A stretch of 63,964 nt of DNA, filler included, from Rhabdomonas costata (Eukaryota), in NCBI GenBank assembly GCA_019059605.1. It is 28 parts of 28 records of this genome, joined end to end, with 100 filler letters (N's around TTAATTAATTAA, not from the genome) between each part and the next. Parts side by side here need not be neighbours in the genome. Positions count along the whole stretch, not along the records: positions 11,439 to 13,626 come from JAHMHO010004983.1; positions 13,727 to 15,923 come from JAHMHO010004984.1; positions 16,024 to 18,211 come from JAHMHO010004985.1; positions 18,312 to 20,499 come from JAHMHO010004986.1; positions 20,600 to 22,786 come from JAHMHO010004987.1; positions 22,887 to 25,073 come from JAHMHO010004988.1; 22 more parts are not named here. The stretch is one strand, 5' to 3'. The notes under the pieces are model-generated. The model was not told where the DNA came from, ran no database searches, and worked only from the letters and a program-made list of their open reading frames with translations. The position numbers and the translations under genes are program-made. Of this stretch, positions 12,543 through 25,173 are shown one piece after another; within the stretch, counting starts at the first letter, position 1, and every line of letters begins with the position of its first letter.

Positions 12543-12899
12543 ATCCTCTAATGCGATGTGCCATTTACATGCCGAGCTCTCCATTCGTATCACTTATTAG
12601 CAGACAAGCGTTGAAATCTAAGACCTATCTGCTTTGCTGGTGTGTGCATTTACACCACTTTCCTAGACAAATCTTAGCTTACAAAGTGGAGGAAGCGGTA
12701 ATCCACGAGTTTTTCCCATAAAAGGCGCAGTTTGCCGAGAGCATAACGTAACCGAGGTTATGGGCGAGGCCTCTTTATTCAAGCCGCTGGATGTGTGGCC
12801 ACTTCAGTTAAATAACCACACACACACATTGGTATCAATAAAAGCGGTGAATTTCCATAGCAGACAGAATTCTGCAATCAACGTTGCAATCAGAGGATA

Positions 12900-13626
12900 A
12901 CATGTAGAGTGAGATGCTTGAGAATCAGGCGCATTTCGCCAAGTGCAACATCCAGATTTATCAGGAGCTGCTTCAGCAAATTGACAATTTGTTGCAAAAT
13001 GACAACATCTGCGAGTTGAGTAAAAATACACTCAGGTCAACCAATAAACGGGACACATCGATAACTTTCTGCCTGGGCACTGGAGTGTCAGCTTGGCAAG
13101 CTTAGCAGCTAAAGATTCCATACTCCTTCGCCATCAAGTATGCTATCATTGTCTTGGACAGATACGTGATTGTGATCCACAGTGACAAGGAGTTTGAGAC
13201 ATGAGAGTAGATATTTCAGAAGCTCAAGTACAAGTTACTGCGCCACACTTCCGAGCGGAAACTGCTGGCTGATACTGATACTGATTAATGGAGCATGAAT
13301 GGCGACTGGACAAAGCTTCATTAGGTTTTACATACCTACAAGATGTTTTTCCATGCACAGTTTTACAACAATAGATAATGATAAAATTATCGCAGCAATT
13401 AACACCTAGATCCAGAGCAATGCGACGCTATGTACAAGACGGTCAGATTACAAGAGGCCGTTACGCGTGCATCCGGAGCTTTTACCACACCAAAGCTCCA
13501 CGTGTTGCTGTCTGATCACTTTGCTAAGCAGAAACGCACTCCGTTAGTGACGCATCAAGTGGCGCATTCTTTGCACACAATGCAATTGGATAACGTGAGT
13601 CACACCACATTGGAGCCCACCACCAC
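12900..13626 (+). pseudogene. Possible decayed Transib/RAG1-like (CMC-type) transposase C-terminus
   Basis: Stop-riddled coding-like DNA with MNGDWTKL (13295-13318), TPKLHVLLSDH (13487-13519) and HQVAHSLH (~13553-13576). Order and spacing recall NGN..R.L / TPKLHxLxxH / EQGxESxH. Confidence 0.35.
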
Positions 13627-14134
13627 NNNNNNNNNNNNNNNNNNNNNNNNNNNNNNNNNNNNNNNNNNNNTTAATTAATTAANNNNNNNNNNNNNNNNNN
13701 NNNNNNNNNNNNNNNNNNNNNNNNNNAGTGATCATCATAGCTGCATGAGTGAGTGAGTTAGAATTACAGATGAGATAGTGGTACCACGCACTACTAAGGT
13801 ACTCATAGGTTGGGGGGGACCCCCAATACACTTGAGCCAAATTACCGGCAATGTGCAATTTGGAGGCAACTAGTCACAAGGATAAGAAAAAGGAAAATTA
13901 GACAGGAGGCGTTCTAATTTGCCGCCGAAAAAGGCACTTGCACAATAAGCAAAGAAACGAAGCACGAGGAGACGAGAGGAACGGAGTGGAGACCAGATGT
14001 TTTTGGTGGTGCTGGAAGATCCCCAGAACGACAAAGAGGCATTTGTGGAGATGTTTGTTTTCTTAATTCGATTTTCTTTTTCTCTTTTGTGTGTGAGCTC
14101 CGAATTGAATGGGGTGGTGCTTGTGCCACCATAG

Positions 14135-15249
14135 TGCCTATGGCTGAGGACCGGCGGGCGGAGGAGAGGAGGAAAGCCCTGGGTGTGGTCTCTGGCCTCC
14201 AAACGATTTCCCTGCGCCCGTCGCAATTCGCGCTGACCCGGGACGGCACCCTGGCCCTGCTGTTCGAGGACAGCAGCAGCGCTGGGGACACCGTGGTGGA
14301 CGAGTTGAGGTCTCGCCGCTTCTCTGGGGTAGGGCCTTTGCCTTTTTCTTTGTTTCCCTCGCGAGCCCCCATATGCCCTTGCGTTGGGGCTTCAGTACTG
14401 ACATACTCTTGGCTTTCGGCTTTGGAATCAAGCCTCGTGGTTGGCTGATAATGAAGTTCCTGAAGGTTTTAAAGGCTAGAATCTTCCCCGCAATTGGCAA
14501 TAATTATGACTTTTTCGGCGTTGGGTTCCTTAGAATCTATGGTGAATTCGCGCATTTTCTCGTGAAGGGTGGCCATTTTTTGTGTGTACATTTTTATGGT
14601 CAGTGAGAAAGAATTGCCCCTCCCAATGGAAATTCCTTGAGTCTGAAATTGAAACTGGAGTTCGCACTCAAGCGGTTAGTTGGTGTGATCAGTTTGCACA
14701 CCCCATTAGTACACATAATAATTAACCGTGTCCTTTGGTCCTCTCTCTGACCTTCTCTCTTTAGGTTACGGAAAACATTCATAAATCACCGGTGTCCTTT
14801 TCACCAAAACGTGGTGACTGAAACGTGGTGCAGGAATCAACTTGGGTTGCAGGAAGTGCATTTTGAAAATGAAATGGTCAGAAGAATTTTGTGGTCGCTG
14901 AGTGCCTGCTTTGCTCCAAAAGGTTCAACCCATATGTGTTGTGGCGTTCAGTCTGTCGGCAGTGTGAACGTATTTTTGAACGAATTCTGCCCTGGCTTAA
15001 TAATTTTTATAGGCTGCGGCTGAAGGAGTCCTTTCCGTACGCCACCACTCGAACCTGGACCATCCTGCACTGCACACTATGCCGTGTAGTGAGAGAGGCA
15101 GTGCCTTCTTCCCCTTCCCATGGCAGTGAGGCACCCTCCCCGCTGGAGCTTCCCTCCGCTGTGGCGCAGGCCTTGCGGCAGGCACTCCGGGAGGAGCTCC
15201 AGGCCCTGAGTCGCGCTCTTCCTCAGGGCGTGGTAACCTTCAGGGAGAT
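14135..15249 (+). CDS. 2H phosphoesterase superfamily protein (RNA ligase/cyclic phosphodiesterase-like), internal exons
   Basis: Exons 14135-14309 and 15013-~15249 (GT-AG) give ISLRPSQFALTRDGTLALLFE...VVDELR|LRLKESFPYATTRTWTILHCTLCRV, which contains an HxT motif (LHCTL). Only one of the two expected HxT/S motifs is on this contig. Confidence 0.5.
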
Positions 15250-16603
15250 GTGGTGTGTGTGTGTGTGTGTGTGTGTGTGTTGTGTGAGAGAGAGGCAGAC
15301 ACCAGTCTCGCGACTGCTCGAGACTCAGGCAACTTATGGCCACAACCAGCCCTGGATTCCTGGGCCCGAGTTACCTAATCGAGAAGCGTGTTAGACCATG
15401 ATATGGAGCCGATTTCGATGCCTGACAGAATCCCCACCAGTATTTACCTTTTTACACCCAACTCTGTGTGTTACCATTCGCTCCTGCCTGCAAGGCCGCC
15501 TGTCCGCTTCTGCTTCATCCTTTACCAAGTTTCCTTTCGTGCCTTTTTCATCCCTCTCATGCTGTGAGACCCGTTTGGCCACTCTTTGGCCCAATGCCCA
15601 CCTTGATTTCGGGTCGCAGCTAACAGTTGGGAAGCTGCCCATTCTAAGAGAAGATGCCCATTCTCCCGAAAACTTATCTTTAGATCAACATGCCCTTTTT
15701 TCACCTGTCCCTGAAAACAGAAAACAGGCAATGCTCTACTGTGTGTATGACAGTGTTTCGCTTGAGGGTATTCTCTGCATAACCGCCAGCAGGGAATAAT
15801 AGCGAAAAAGAAGCTGAAACAAACGTAAGCCCACAAAACAGCTTTCGTCCATTTCCCTCCTTTATCTGCTCGCGCAAGGCAATGAGCCCTAATTGCGGTG
15901 GTGGTGACGACAACCCCAAACCCNNNNNNNNNNNNNNNNNNNNNNNNNNNNNNNNNNNNNNNNNNNNTTAATTAATTAANNNNNNNNNNNNNNNNNNNNN
16001 NNNNNNNNNNNNNNNNNNNNNNNTTTTTTTTGTGCTCCCTTGTAGACTGGCTGCCGGAGGAATTGAGGTTCAGACCAAGCAATATGTCAAAAAAGAAAGA
16101 TGGCCTCATATTTAAAAAAAAAAAAGAAGCGGGTTTCAGCCCTGGGGAAGTGGGGAAGTGAAATTGGGCGCCACGTCAGATTCAGTTCCAAATGGCGGCC
16201 TTCTTCCATTCCAATTCAACGTGACACACAGCCGTTGGGAGATATGACTTGTTCTGCACGGTGGCTGTACCCCCTTTCAGGGGCTGTCCGCCCGTTGCCC
16301 GCTGCTGCTGCTCTAGCACCTATTACTGCTGTGCTGCTGTACGCTTTTTTCGCTTCGTAAACAGGTCCTTCCTTTCCAGTTTCATTCGGTTTCGGCAATT
16401 TTTGTCTCCCTTCATGCCTTTTTCCTCTTTCCTCGCCAAACTGTAGCGTTTTTGCAACGATAAAAAGAAACGGAAAAATAGACGATGCAAGTTCCGACTC
16501 GAACGGGGTAGCGGACGCACGAACAGAGGTGTGCCACTCCATCCAGTGCTAAGACGATTGCTTCTTGGTCGCTTCCCCTCCCCTTTTTTCTTTGTATGCG
16601 CAG

Positions 16604-17283
16604 GTTCAATCTACGTGGACACGGGTTGGGAAAGTCCAAATCTACAGTGGCGACCATGCAATTTCCGAAATCTTTCCGAAAGTGGTGGAGAGTTCGTTTG
16701 CATATGGAGGGGGGGGGGTCTGAATCCTGTCTGCGTCCTGAACCATGCCCTGAAGCTCTCCGGCTTTTAAACCGAACGTTGGGTGCACAGAGATAACATC
16801 AGAGTCGTCAACGGAGGGTTTGTTCCCCTGGACCCGGAAAAAACCTGATCTCTGCTCATCGTGGACTTTACGCACTGCGGGGTAACCCCAGCCCAGGCAA
16901 GGTCAGGTCGGTTATTGTGCCTGTGCAGATGGCTGAAGTTGAAGTGGACTGGGGCCACCCCGCCGTGGTGCGGCGGTTGTTCCGTGTGCTGCACCAGCAT
17001 CACGGCTGGAGCAAGGAGGCCCTTTTAGAGGAGCTCGGGCGGGCCTTTGCTAACCCGCTGCCACCGGAACCAGACCCCACGCAGCCCTCTGTCTCCGTCG
17101 AGGGAAAGGTAGTGCAGAGATGGAGAGGGAGAGGGAGGTTCTGAGTCAGCAAGTTTCACTGACTGAGGATGGGTTTTCATTTGCTTTTATGGGTGGGGGG
17201 GGGGTGGGTGTCTGTGTGTGTTATATGCACGGATGTGCCCTCTGCGAAAGCAGGTCCAGCGCCCCATCCAACCGGGGGTCTAG
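16604..17283 (+). CDS. Hypothetical protein, 3' exons
   Basis: Phase-compatible GT-AG exons 16604-16624, 16929-17108 (MAEVEVDWGHPAVVRRLFRVLHQHHGWSKEALLEELGRAF...) and 17254-17283 (VQRPIQPGV*). No family recognised. Confidence 0.4.
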
Positions 17284-18938
17284 TGTGCCAGTGAGGTTTC
17301 CTGAGGACCTCCACCCAGCAGAAGAGGAGAGAGATTACCCAAACCAGAAGAGGTGGTCATTCCCCCCTTCAAGCAGCGGCCACGGAGGTGGGAGAATCGA
17401 CCCGAAGCCCAACTGGAGAAGAACTCTAAAACGAACCCTAAAACGAACGCTGTGTGTGTGTGTGAAAAGGTCCCCCTGGCCGACTCCTCGAAAGCTTGTC
17501 AATCCATCTTGTGGGTGTCCCCGCCAAACCCTCCGGCTGCAGCGGGCAAGAAGCGGCACAAGATAGCACAATAAACATTGAGCCGCCAAACTGGAAGTGA
17601 CTGGCCTGGGGTGCAAGGACCATTTCTTGTGCCTCGGCTCAATCTATCCTCGCGCTATCAGCACGCAACGTTCTGACTGATGTGGAGTTGATGCCACATT
17701 CCTGTCAACACACATAGCCTTCTGCACTTGAGGGCCCGGAGTAGGCTGGGGTGGTATAGCGCATTTACTCGCTGATAGTGGCTACGATGGTCGCCTCCCG
17801 AGCTCTCTGTCACGAAAGAGAGTCTGAGGGATGTCTAAAGATGACGCTTCGGTCAGCTGCGTCAGCTGGAGGTTTCAACTGGGGTTTCTTCGCATAGCCA
17901 GCTCACGAATATGTCAGGACTCTCCAGCGCTTTTGGAAGTGCTGCGGGTATACGCATGCAGCCGCCAGTTTCTGGCAGAGAGGGCCAATGGGGGACTGGT
18001 TGATGTGGCTTTCCATCTCCCAGAACGGGTGGCACAGTGCCCATCAGATCCTCAGTGGTTCTCTCAGCTGAGCGACTCAAGAACCATTCGTTGTACTTTA
18101 TATTTCAAAAGAAGACAAACCGCGTTTATCGCAAAATGGATCACCGTGCATCCTCCAGCCAGGGTTCCGGGGCATGACCTTTCAACCCCACACCCCAAAC
18201 ACACCCACCACNNNNNNNNNNNNNNNNNNNNNNNNNNNNNNNNNNNNNNNNNNNNTTAATTAATTAANNNNNNNNNNNNNNNNNNNNNNNNNNNNNNNNN
18301 NNNNNNNNNNNTTTTTTTTGTTGTTTCGGCTTTTTGGTCAAAGAAACTAAATTTATTCCGTCTAGTTTTCTTCAGGAAGCAAAGAGCAATCCAGAAGTCG
18401 GAGAAGGGAGAGACTTTTTGAGTGTACCCCTTTTTCGAGACTCTGGCGTGTGTCTTGTGTTGTGTCGGTGTGTGTGTGTGTGTGTGTGCTTGTTCCTCCG
18501 GGGCACAAAGCAAGAGAAACGTTTGCAATAGTTGCGGTTGGGGTGGCTGCCGTTCTTCTTACCGTTGCTGCTTTGCCGGAGGAACGCTGGTAGCCAGTCC
18601 TTGATCTTTTGTGCCCAGGACGAGGTCCCAGGTTGCGATGGCAGCTCATTGACGCAGGTATCCATTGTTTTTTGTTTTGCAATTGATCATAACAGAAGGT
18701 CCCTTTCTCTGTCTCAATTGCTCACCAAACCATAACATGCTTATCGTTGCCGTGGCCACATCGATGACTTGTGTGAAAGGACATCCCCACATCTCCACGG
18801 GTTCTACTTTGATTTTTGGACATTGTTGTTTTAAACTGTGTTTCCTCATGAACTGCTGAGATTTCTCGCGCTAGTGGACCCATTTTTTCAGTTTACTTTC
18901 TTTTTATTTTTTTTGTTTGCCTCAATGATGACTCCAGC

Positions 18939-20499
18939 AGCGGACCTTCCGCCGCATCTCAGCATGAAAGTCCACTCAGCAGCAAGCCGTCTATCGCATT
19001 CCCCTGCTAACCCCTGTGGCCCTAGCCCCGCGGCGATCCGCGAAGACCTCGCCCACGCTCAGCAGCAGCGGCTGAGATCCGGCGAGTCGTACCTCTCGCG
19101 CCCGATGGGGGGCTTCAGCTTTCTACCGCAGCCCTCCGTCCGCCGCCCCTCTATCACTTCCAGCTCTGGCCTCACCCTCTCCTCCCTGGCGTCAGCGCTA
19201 CCTGCTGGCCTGCCCTCCTTTTGCACGCTGCTCTTCGCATCCTCCTCCTCATCCACACTGTCTCCCTTTGCATCCCAAGTCGAGGATCTTCGCCGCTCCG
19301 GCCCAATCCGGGGCACTGCGATGGTCTCCACTCCAGGGTCCACCATGAATCCCATGATGATTGGCCTCCTGCCAGGCACCGCATCGGAGGCGTCCCTGTC
19401 CCCGGTCGTCGCCAAACCCGCACGGGAGACGAGTTGCGTGAATCCTAACGTGGACGAGCGGGGGCCATGCCCTTACCACAAGGCTTGGAAGATTCTGCGA
19501 TCCAAGCGGGTTGAAGAGAGAGAAGAGAGAGGGTTGGCAGAAGCCGCCTATTGCTTGGATTTCTCACCTTTGCAGCCGTCCGATGCCTCTTCGCGACGCT
19601 TATAGTTGCTGGTTCTTCTTGTCTGCTCCCGGGATTGGACTGGTGGCAGCCGGTGGGAGTGAAGTCTATTCTTCACCCGCGATTTTGAGTCCAGTCCTCC
19701 ACTCGATTGTAAAATTCAAACATCAAAGGCTGTTTCCCTCCTGTTTGCAGATGCCCGTCGCTATGCGTTCGAACTCGATTATTTCACCTGCCTTTTTGTT
19801 TCCTCTGTTATGCCTGAGATAGGGCTCCATCTTTGGCTCTGACTCGTCCATGTTATGAGGACTTTTCTGTTCAATTTCATGTATTCAGAATTACGATACA
19901 TGAAGGCCCCGCCGCGGACTGGTCTGCGTCCCATAAAGCAAGTCCAAGTCCAAGTCCACTCGTCGTCAATGCCCCGATAGAATTTTGGTCCACCAGAAAT
20001 ACGGAACCCAATATCTGGCTTTATTTGGATCGGGGCGTGGCAGAAGTCACAGCTGAAACGATGATTCTTTAAAAGAAAACGGGTCACGCCTCAAACACGA
20101 GATGTAGTGACACATTTTTAAAGCCATTTTGATCCTTGACTACTATGCTCTTTAAATGCAACATATCAGAAATTCCACAGCAGTCTTTTTTGCGAGGAAA
20201 TATCGCATGTAAAACAAAAGCGCCTCCTTTTGAGTGCATCTCAAAAGCTCTCATATTCTTAAGGTTGCACAGGCAATACCTCACCGCTAAGCATCTTAAA
20301 ATAGCTTGCCACCGTGGCATCGCTCAGCAGCGCTGTGCAGCAATAATGCTGTGTGTTCTGCCTCGTCTCCGGCCAACTCGTCGTCGTCGTGAGGCATTTT
20401 TTCGCGGTGTTTTTATCGTTTCAGGGTTACGTCTACTACGAGTGTAACGAGTGTGGGGCGCGATGGAAGGTCATGACCGCTAGGCGTCGCCTCATGACC
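18939..20499 (+). CDS. Low-complexity Ser/Pro-rich protein with a C-terminal C-x2-H...C-x2-C zinc ribbon (partial)
   Basis: Exon ~18939-19509 spliced via GT-AG intron 19510-20424 to 20425-20499 gives CPYHKAWKILRSKR|GYVYYECNECGARWKV. This resembles the CxH..W..LR.K.G....C..C...W ribbon that I recall as common in euglenozoans. Confidence 0.65.
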
Positions 20500-21472
20500 N
20501 NNNNNNNNNNNNNNNNNNNNNNNNNNNNNNNNNNNNNNNNNNNTTAATTAATTAANNNNNNNNNNNNNNNNNNNNNNNNNNNNNNNNNNNNNNNNNNNNG
20601 TGTTGTGTGTGGTGTCACACTGGAAGCTCAGGCAATGGCATATTGTGACGGTTTTCCATTCGACGACTTTTTTGCCCGAATGCCCGGGCATGTTATCTGG
20701 ACACATGTTTTGCAATGAACTTGTTTCCGCGTTAGTGTTGTTTTTTGAAGCAAGCTGCGAATTCTGTACCCAGCGGTTTGGTGAAGGGTACGCACAGTTG
20801 GGGCTTGAACTCAGCCATGTGTGGTGCAGTCCATCGCAGTTAGTCGTTTTCGATGGACCTTTTATTTCTCATATAATTATTAACCACTGATATGCCATGG
20901 GGTCAACATTAGCGGTTGAATTACTGATGAATGGCCTTCCGGTTTTTTGTCATAAAAAATTCCTTGCTGATGCATTATTAAAGCTTTCACGGTAGAATCA
21001 AAAATCAAAGGTCATTGAACATGACTTTGAGCAGCGTTTGGGAGCACCATTTCAAGAAAAGCTGAGAGCATAAAAACTAGTAACAAAAAACGGGGGGAGG
21101 GAGCAAGGGCAATTACATCTCCAGCAGAAACGCAACTTTCCACTGATTTGAAGCTTAGACCTGGTTCTTACCCCTCCTCCTCCTCCCTCGTTCATCCCCG
21201 CTGGCCTTGGTGTTCTTACCACTCTTTTAATTTTCCCCCATTTTTTTTGGGTGAAGTCCTCTTGCTCCCGTAATTTCTTTCTTTTCTGCTTGCTTGTTTA
21301 TAGCCTGCTCAACAGTTTCTGCTCATTTTGTAACTTATTGCTGCAACGAGCCAGTGCTGTGAACGTTGCTGTTGTTTGTCGTTTGGTTTGGCCTGAAAAG
21401 AAAAGACTTGGTAAAGGTTTTCCTGACGAGGGGCATCCAAACACACGGCTATCAAGTCACAATCCCCCATAC

Positions 21473-22529
21473 GCTATCGGGGTTTCCATCGGTGCGGCAG
21501 AGGGACTGTTCCCACGCCACATGATGCTCCAGCGCTTGAGGCTCCGCTGGAAGCACAGCGGGGTACGGGAACTTCAGTGTGTACGTGCCGTAATCCGCCG
21601 GGGTCCGCATGGTGTTCGTCGGGGGCACCACGTCAGGGTCCCAGCAGACCCAGTACTGGTCCCCGTCCAAGTCTGAGCCACTGAGAAATCAAAGCCGTCC
21701 CGTGGGTCTTAGTAGCACACTACGTATGTATGCATCGCTATATTTACAAGAAGAATAATCAAACAACAAAACCCATCATCTTGTACCATACGTATGAAGC
21801 AACTCACCGATCAACTTTCTATTTACTGAGTGGACTTTTTTTTTGGGGGGGGGATTGGTACTCTGACGAAGTTGCAGTTGTTCTGCTTTTTTTTTTCGGG
21901 TGGCGTGAAAGCTGTCTGTGAAAAAGGAACCCTGTATCTAAGTTAAACACCCCAGAGGTAACATAATAAGGCGTACCGAATTCGGAGTGGCTTTCTGCGA
22001 AAGGTAGGGGGTTCAGCAGCAATGGTTTACCGAGAATCGGGACCAAATTAGCGGAATACCTTGACCCCATCATTAAAAGCCATCCCAGCACGTCGCACTC
22101 TCTCGCTCTCTGTGTGGAAGGGACCTGTGATTGTGTTACATATAGGTTCCACTATCTCTCTCTCTCCCTCTCCCTCTTTGTTGATGAAGGTGTGGAAAAG
22201 CCAAAGAGCGGGAGGTTGAAATCCCTCTTGAGCCATGTCCTTGACGAGTGCTCTCACTCTATATATTAAACTCGTAGTCGCTCTCTGTGTGTGGGGGAAT
22301 GGGGGAACCTCATCTTGGTGCAATCCGGGCGGTGCCCCTGGACGCTGAACACCAGCACGTCGGTAAGGCCCTGGAGCGCGGGGTGGGGGCAGCCCACCCC
22401 GCGCAGCACGCGGAGGTCGCCGGCGTGGTTGCACGGGTTTTTCGTCACCGCCAGGGGGCCCGTGATCACCTTCCGGCGGCCTGGGCCAGGGCGGTGCAGA
22501 TTTGGGGAGATTGCAAGGTAGACCTCGCC
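21473..22529 (-). CDS. Cellular (RNAi-type) RNA-dependent RNA polymerase, catalytic exons (partial)
   Basis: Exons 22309-22529 and ~21473-21680 (GT-AG intron 21681-22308) give ITGPLAVTKNPCNHAGDLRVL...DVLVFSVQGHRPDCTKMS|GSDLDGDQYWVCWDPDVVP. These are the KNPCxHxGD, DxxVF...GxRP and catalytic DLDGD motifs of RDR/QDE-1 polymerases. Confidence 0.95.
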
Positions 22530-22916
22530 CTGAAAGAGAGGGAGAGTCCTTTTCTGCGTCTGTCTTTCTGTGCGTGCGTGCGTGCGGGGCGGCGCGTGCA
22601 CGTGCGCATTTGATTGACTGCGTGCATATCCGCCCAACTGAGGCCCCCAGGTCACGTTCCCGCCCAGCCGCTAATGTTGTCCAACTCGTCCGCCCATATC
22701 TCATACAAAGGCTAATTTGACTCCAAACCAAGACTGCTCAATTAGAGGCCACTGGCACAGATCACCTAAGCCCTTTCCACAAAAACNNNNNNNNNNNNNN
22801 NNNNNNNNNNNNNNNNNNNNNNNNNNNNNNTTAATTAATTAANNNNNNNNNNNNNNNNNNNNNNNNNNNNNNNNNNNNNNNNNNNNGGGGTGTGGTCGAG
22901 TTTCAAGGAAATGATA

Positions 22917-24127
22917 CGGGGAACAGATGGAGTTCGCCACAAAGGGTGAGGGAAAAGGAAGGCTGCTCGCAAGGGTCTCTTGCTGTACCACCTCTAGCAG
23001 CAAAATCAGACGTGCGCGCAGCGCAGAGAATTTTTGAAATTGAAATTCCAACCAAGATGCTCGTGAAACAGCAAAGCCCCCGCGGCTGAGTGGTGAGTTT
23101 CAGGTATAAGTCCAAAATGGTCGATGTTAGATTTTAGAATTTTACAACATGGTAAGGTGAAGCGGAACCCCCCCCCCCCTTGTACGCCGAAAACAACGAT
23201 ACCAACCATGAACCATGCAGTCCCAAATCCGCGACCTTGCTGCGAAGGAGGGAAGGAGGAAAACCTGTCTCCCCACCCTGATCCTGAGCGGAGGAGGAGG
23301 CGCTCACGTTGGCGAGCTCCCGCAAATACTTCGCCACGCTGAAGTGTCGCGGCGCCCGCGGGCCGCCGCTTCTGCAAAAGAAGGATGTCCGGGAAGCAAG
23401 CAAGGTAGGGGCCTTCTGAATGGCAGTTTGAAACCAATCCTTGGCACATGGCGGAAAAGAAGCGGGTCACAATTCCGTCTTCCACAGGTGAGCCAACCTC
23501 GACGCAGGGTACGTTTTCCTCATATTAGCTGTACTACAAAAACCGAAAAGGACATCGCCCTTTTCCAATCAAGGGTGCAGAAAGACCAAAACATATAAAA
23601 AAAATACAAATAAAACATATAAAGACCATACCATATAAACAAAAACAAAAACAAAAATAAACATATATAAAAATGCCTCACCGCAAACTCAGAATTTAGG
23701 CTCTTTGGCCCTACGTAACAAACATGCCTTTTGCACACTGTCATTTTGGAGCATTTGCGGGCGTCTCATAGGGAAACTCGTGACAAGCTTGAACTCTGGG
23801 TTAGGGGAGGTTTGGGACGCAAAAATTACGAATTTCATACAGCCGCAAAGGCCACATGCTCGCGGGCCAGAGGGAAAAGGATCGGACCCGCCGCGTCGCG
23901 TGAGGGTGAGCGTGAGGCACGCAGAAAAGACCCCACACCTGCTTCGGCTTCGCCCTTATGTAAGATCCTTCATTTCATGGATCAGTACATGAGCAAACGC
24001 TCCGTTTTTGCGCATTCTAAACTAACCCAAAAGTCGGAAGACTGTCACGCGCTTGTTAGCAAAGCAACTGCTCCCACACTCCGCCGACCTGAATCGCGCA
24101 GTAAGCTCTCGGATACGCTGGGTATTC
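22917..24127 (-). CDS. Hypothetical multi-exon protein fragment
   Basis: Four short phase-compatible GT-AG exons (~24089-24127, ~23278-23371, ~23053-23085, ~22917-22993) give NTQRIRELTARFRSGGPRAPRHFSVAKYLRELANV...AGALLFHEHLEVVQQETLASSLPFP. No confident family. Confidence 0.35.
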
Positions 24128-25173
24128 CTGCGGCGACCAGAAAGGTGCTTGTGGTGGAACACCACAGCCGCCGGGAACACCGTGAGGAAGAGATACCAGT
24201 TCACTACAATCAGGATGCAGGTCAGCTGAAAAGACCACAGGCAGTCAGCGAATCTCACAGTCCCAGGTGCCAAAATTCAGAAAGTATTAGCACCAAAAGC
24301 GCCCTGTCACAGGGTAGGTGGGCCGCCCCAGCGTCGCCTTGCCGAGGGACGAACCCGCGGTTTTGGTGATGGTGTGGGGAGGATGCGATGGTGTTCCCGA
24401 GACTACTCGATCCGCCTTCTTTTAGTGAACGGCACTGCGGATATGGCTAGGTTCCTGCTGCCGCGTGGTGTCTTTCTTGCTGCATCTTGTGCTTGCTCTC
24501 CGTCTTCTTCGTTCCCTCACGGCAATTGCGCGTTGCCCCATCAGCCCCATTAGCTCTGATGCGTGGATGGAAACTCGAAAACAATCACACAATTCAGAAA
24601 GTTACCTACCGACTCCCCGCGCCACCCTTGCCGAAGGTTTCGCCATAATCTCCGTTTGGCCCACGGTACTATTACTTGTTCTCGTGTGATGTTTGCTTCT
24701 TTCTCTCTCTTCACGCGCCGGTTCCGTTCGTGTCTGTTAAATATTGCGGTGTTGGGTGTTCGCTCCATGGCTTAAGGAAACTTGAGCACACTTGAACACT
24801 CTTTGAGGAAATCAACGATTTCCAACACGATCATCAAGATTCAGGATGAAAATCCTCCAACAAACACACGCGCACACACATTCATACACACATACCCGAG
24901 AAAACTGCTGAAAGGACGGTACAGGAACTGCAAGGTTCACCGAAAACGCGATGAAAACAACCATCGAACTCACCGTAATGGAGACCCCAGCCTTTCGATA
25001 CACCCACGCCTGAACAGAACGCAGCAAACACCACACGGCAGAACAAAGCAAAAAGGTCTGATGCACAACCACANNNNNNNNNNNNNNNNNNNNNNNNNNN
25101 NNNNNNNNNNNNNNNNNTTAATTAATTAANNNNNNNNNNNNNNNNNNNNNNNNNNNNNNNNNNNNNNNNNNNN

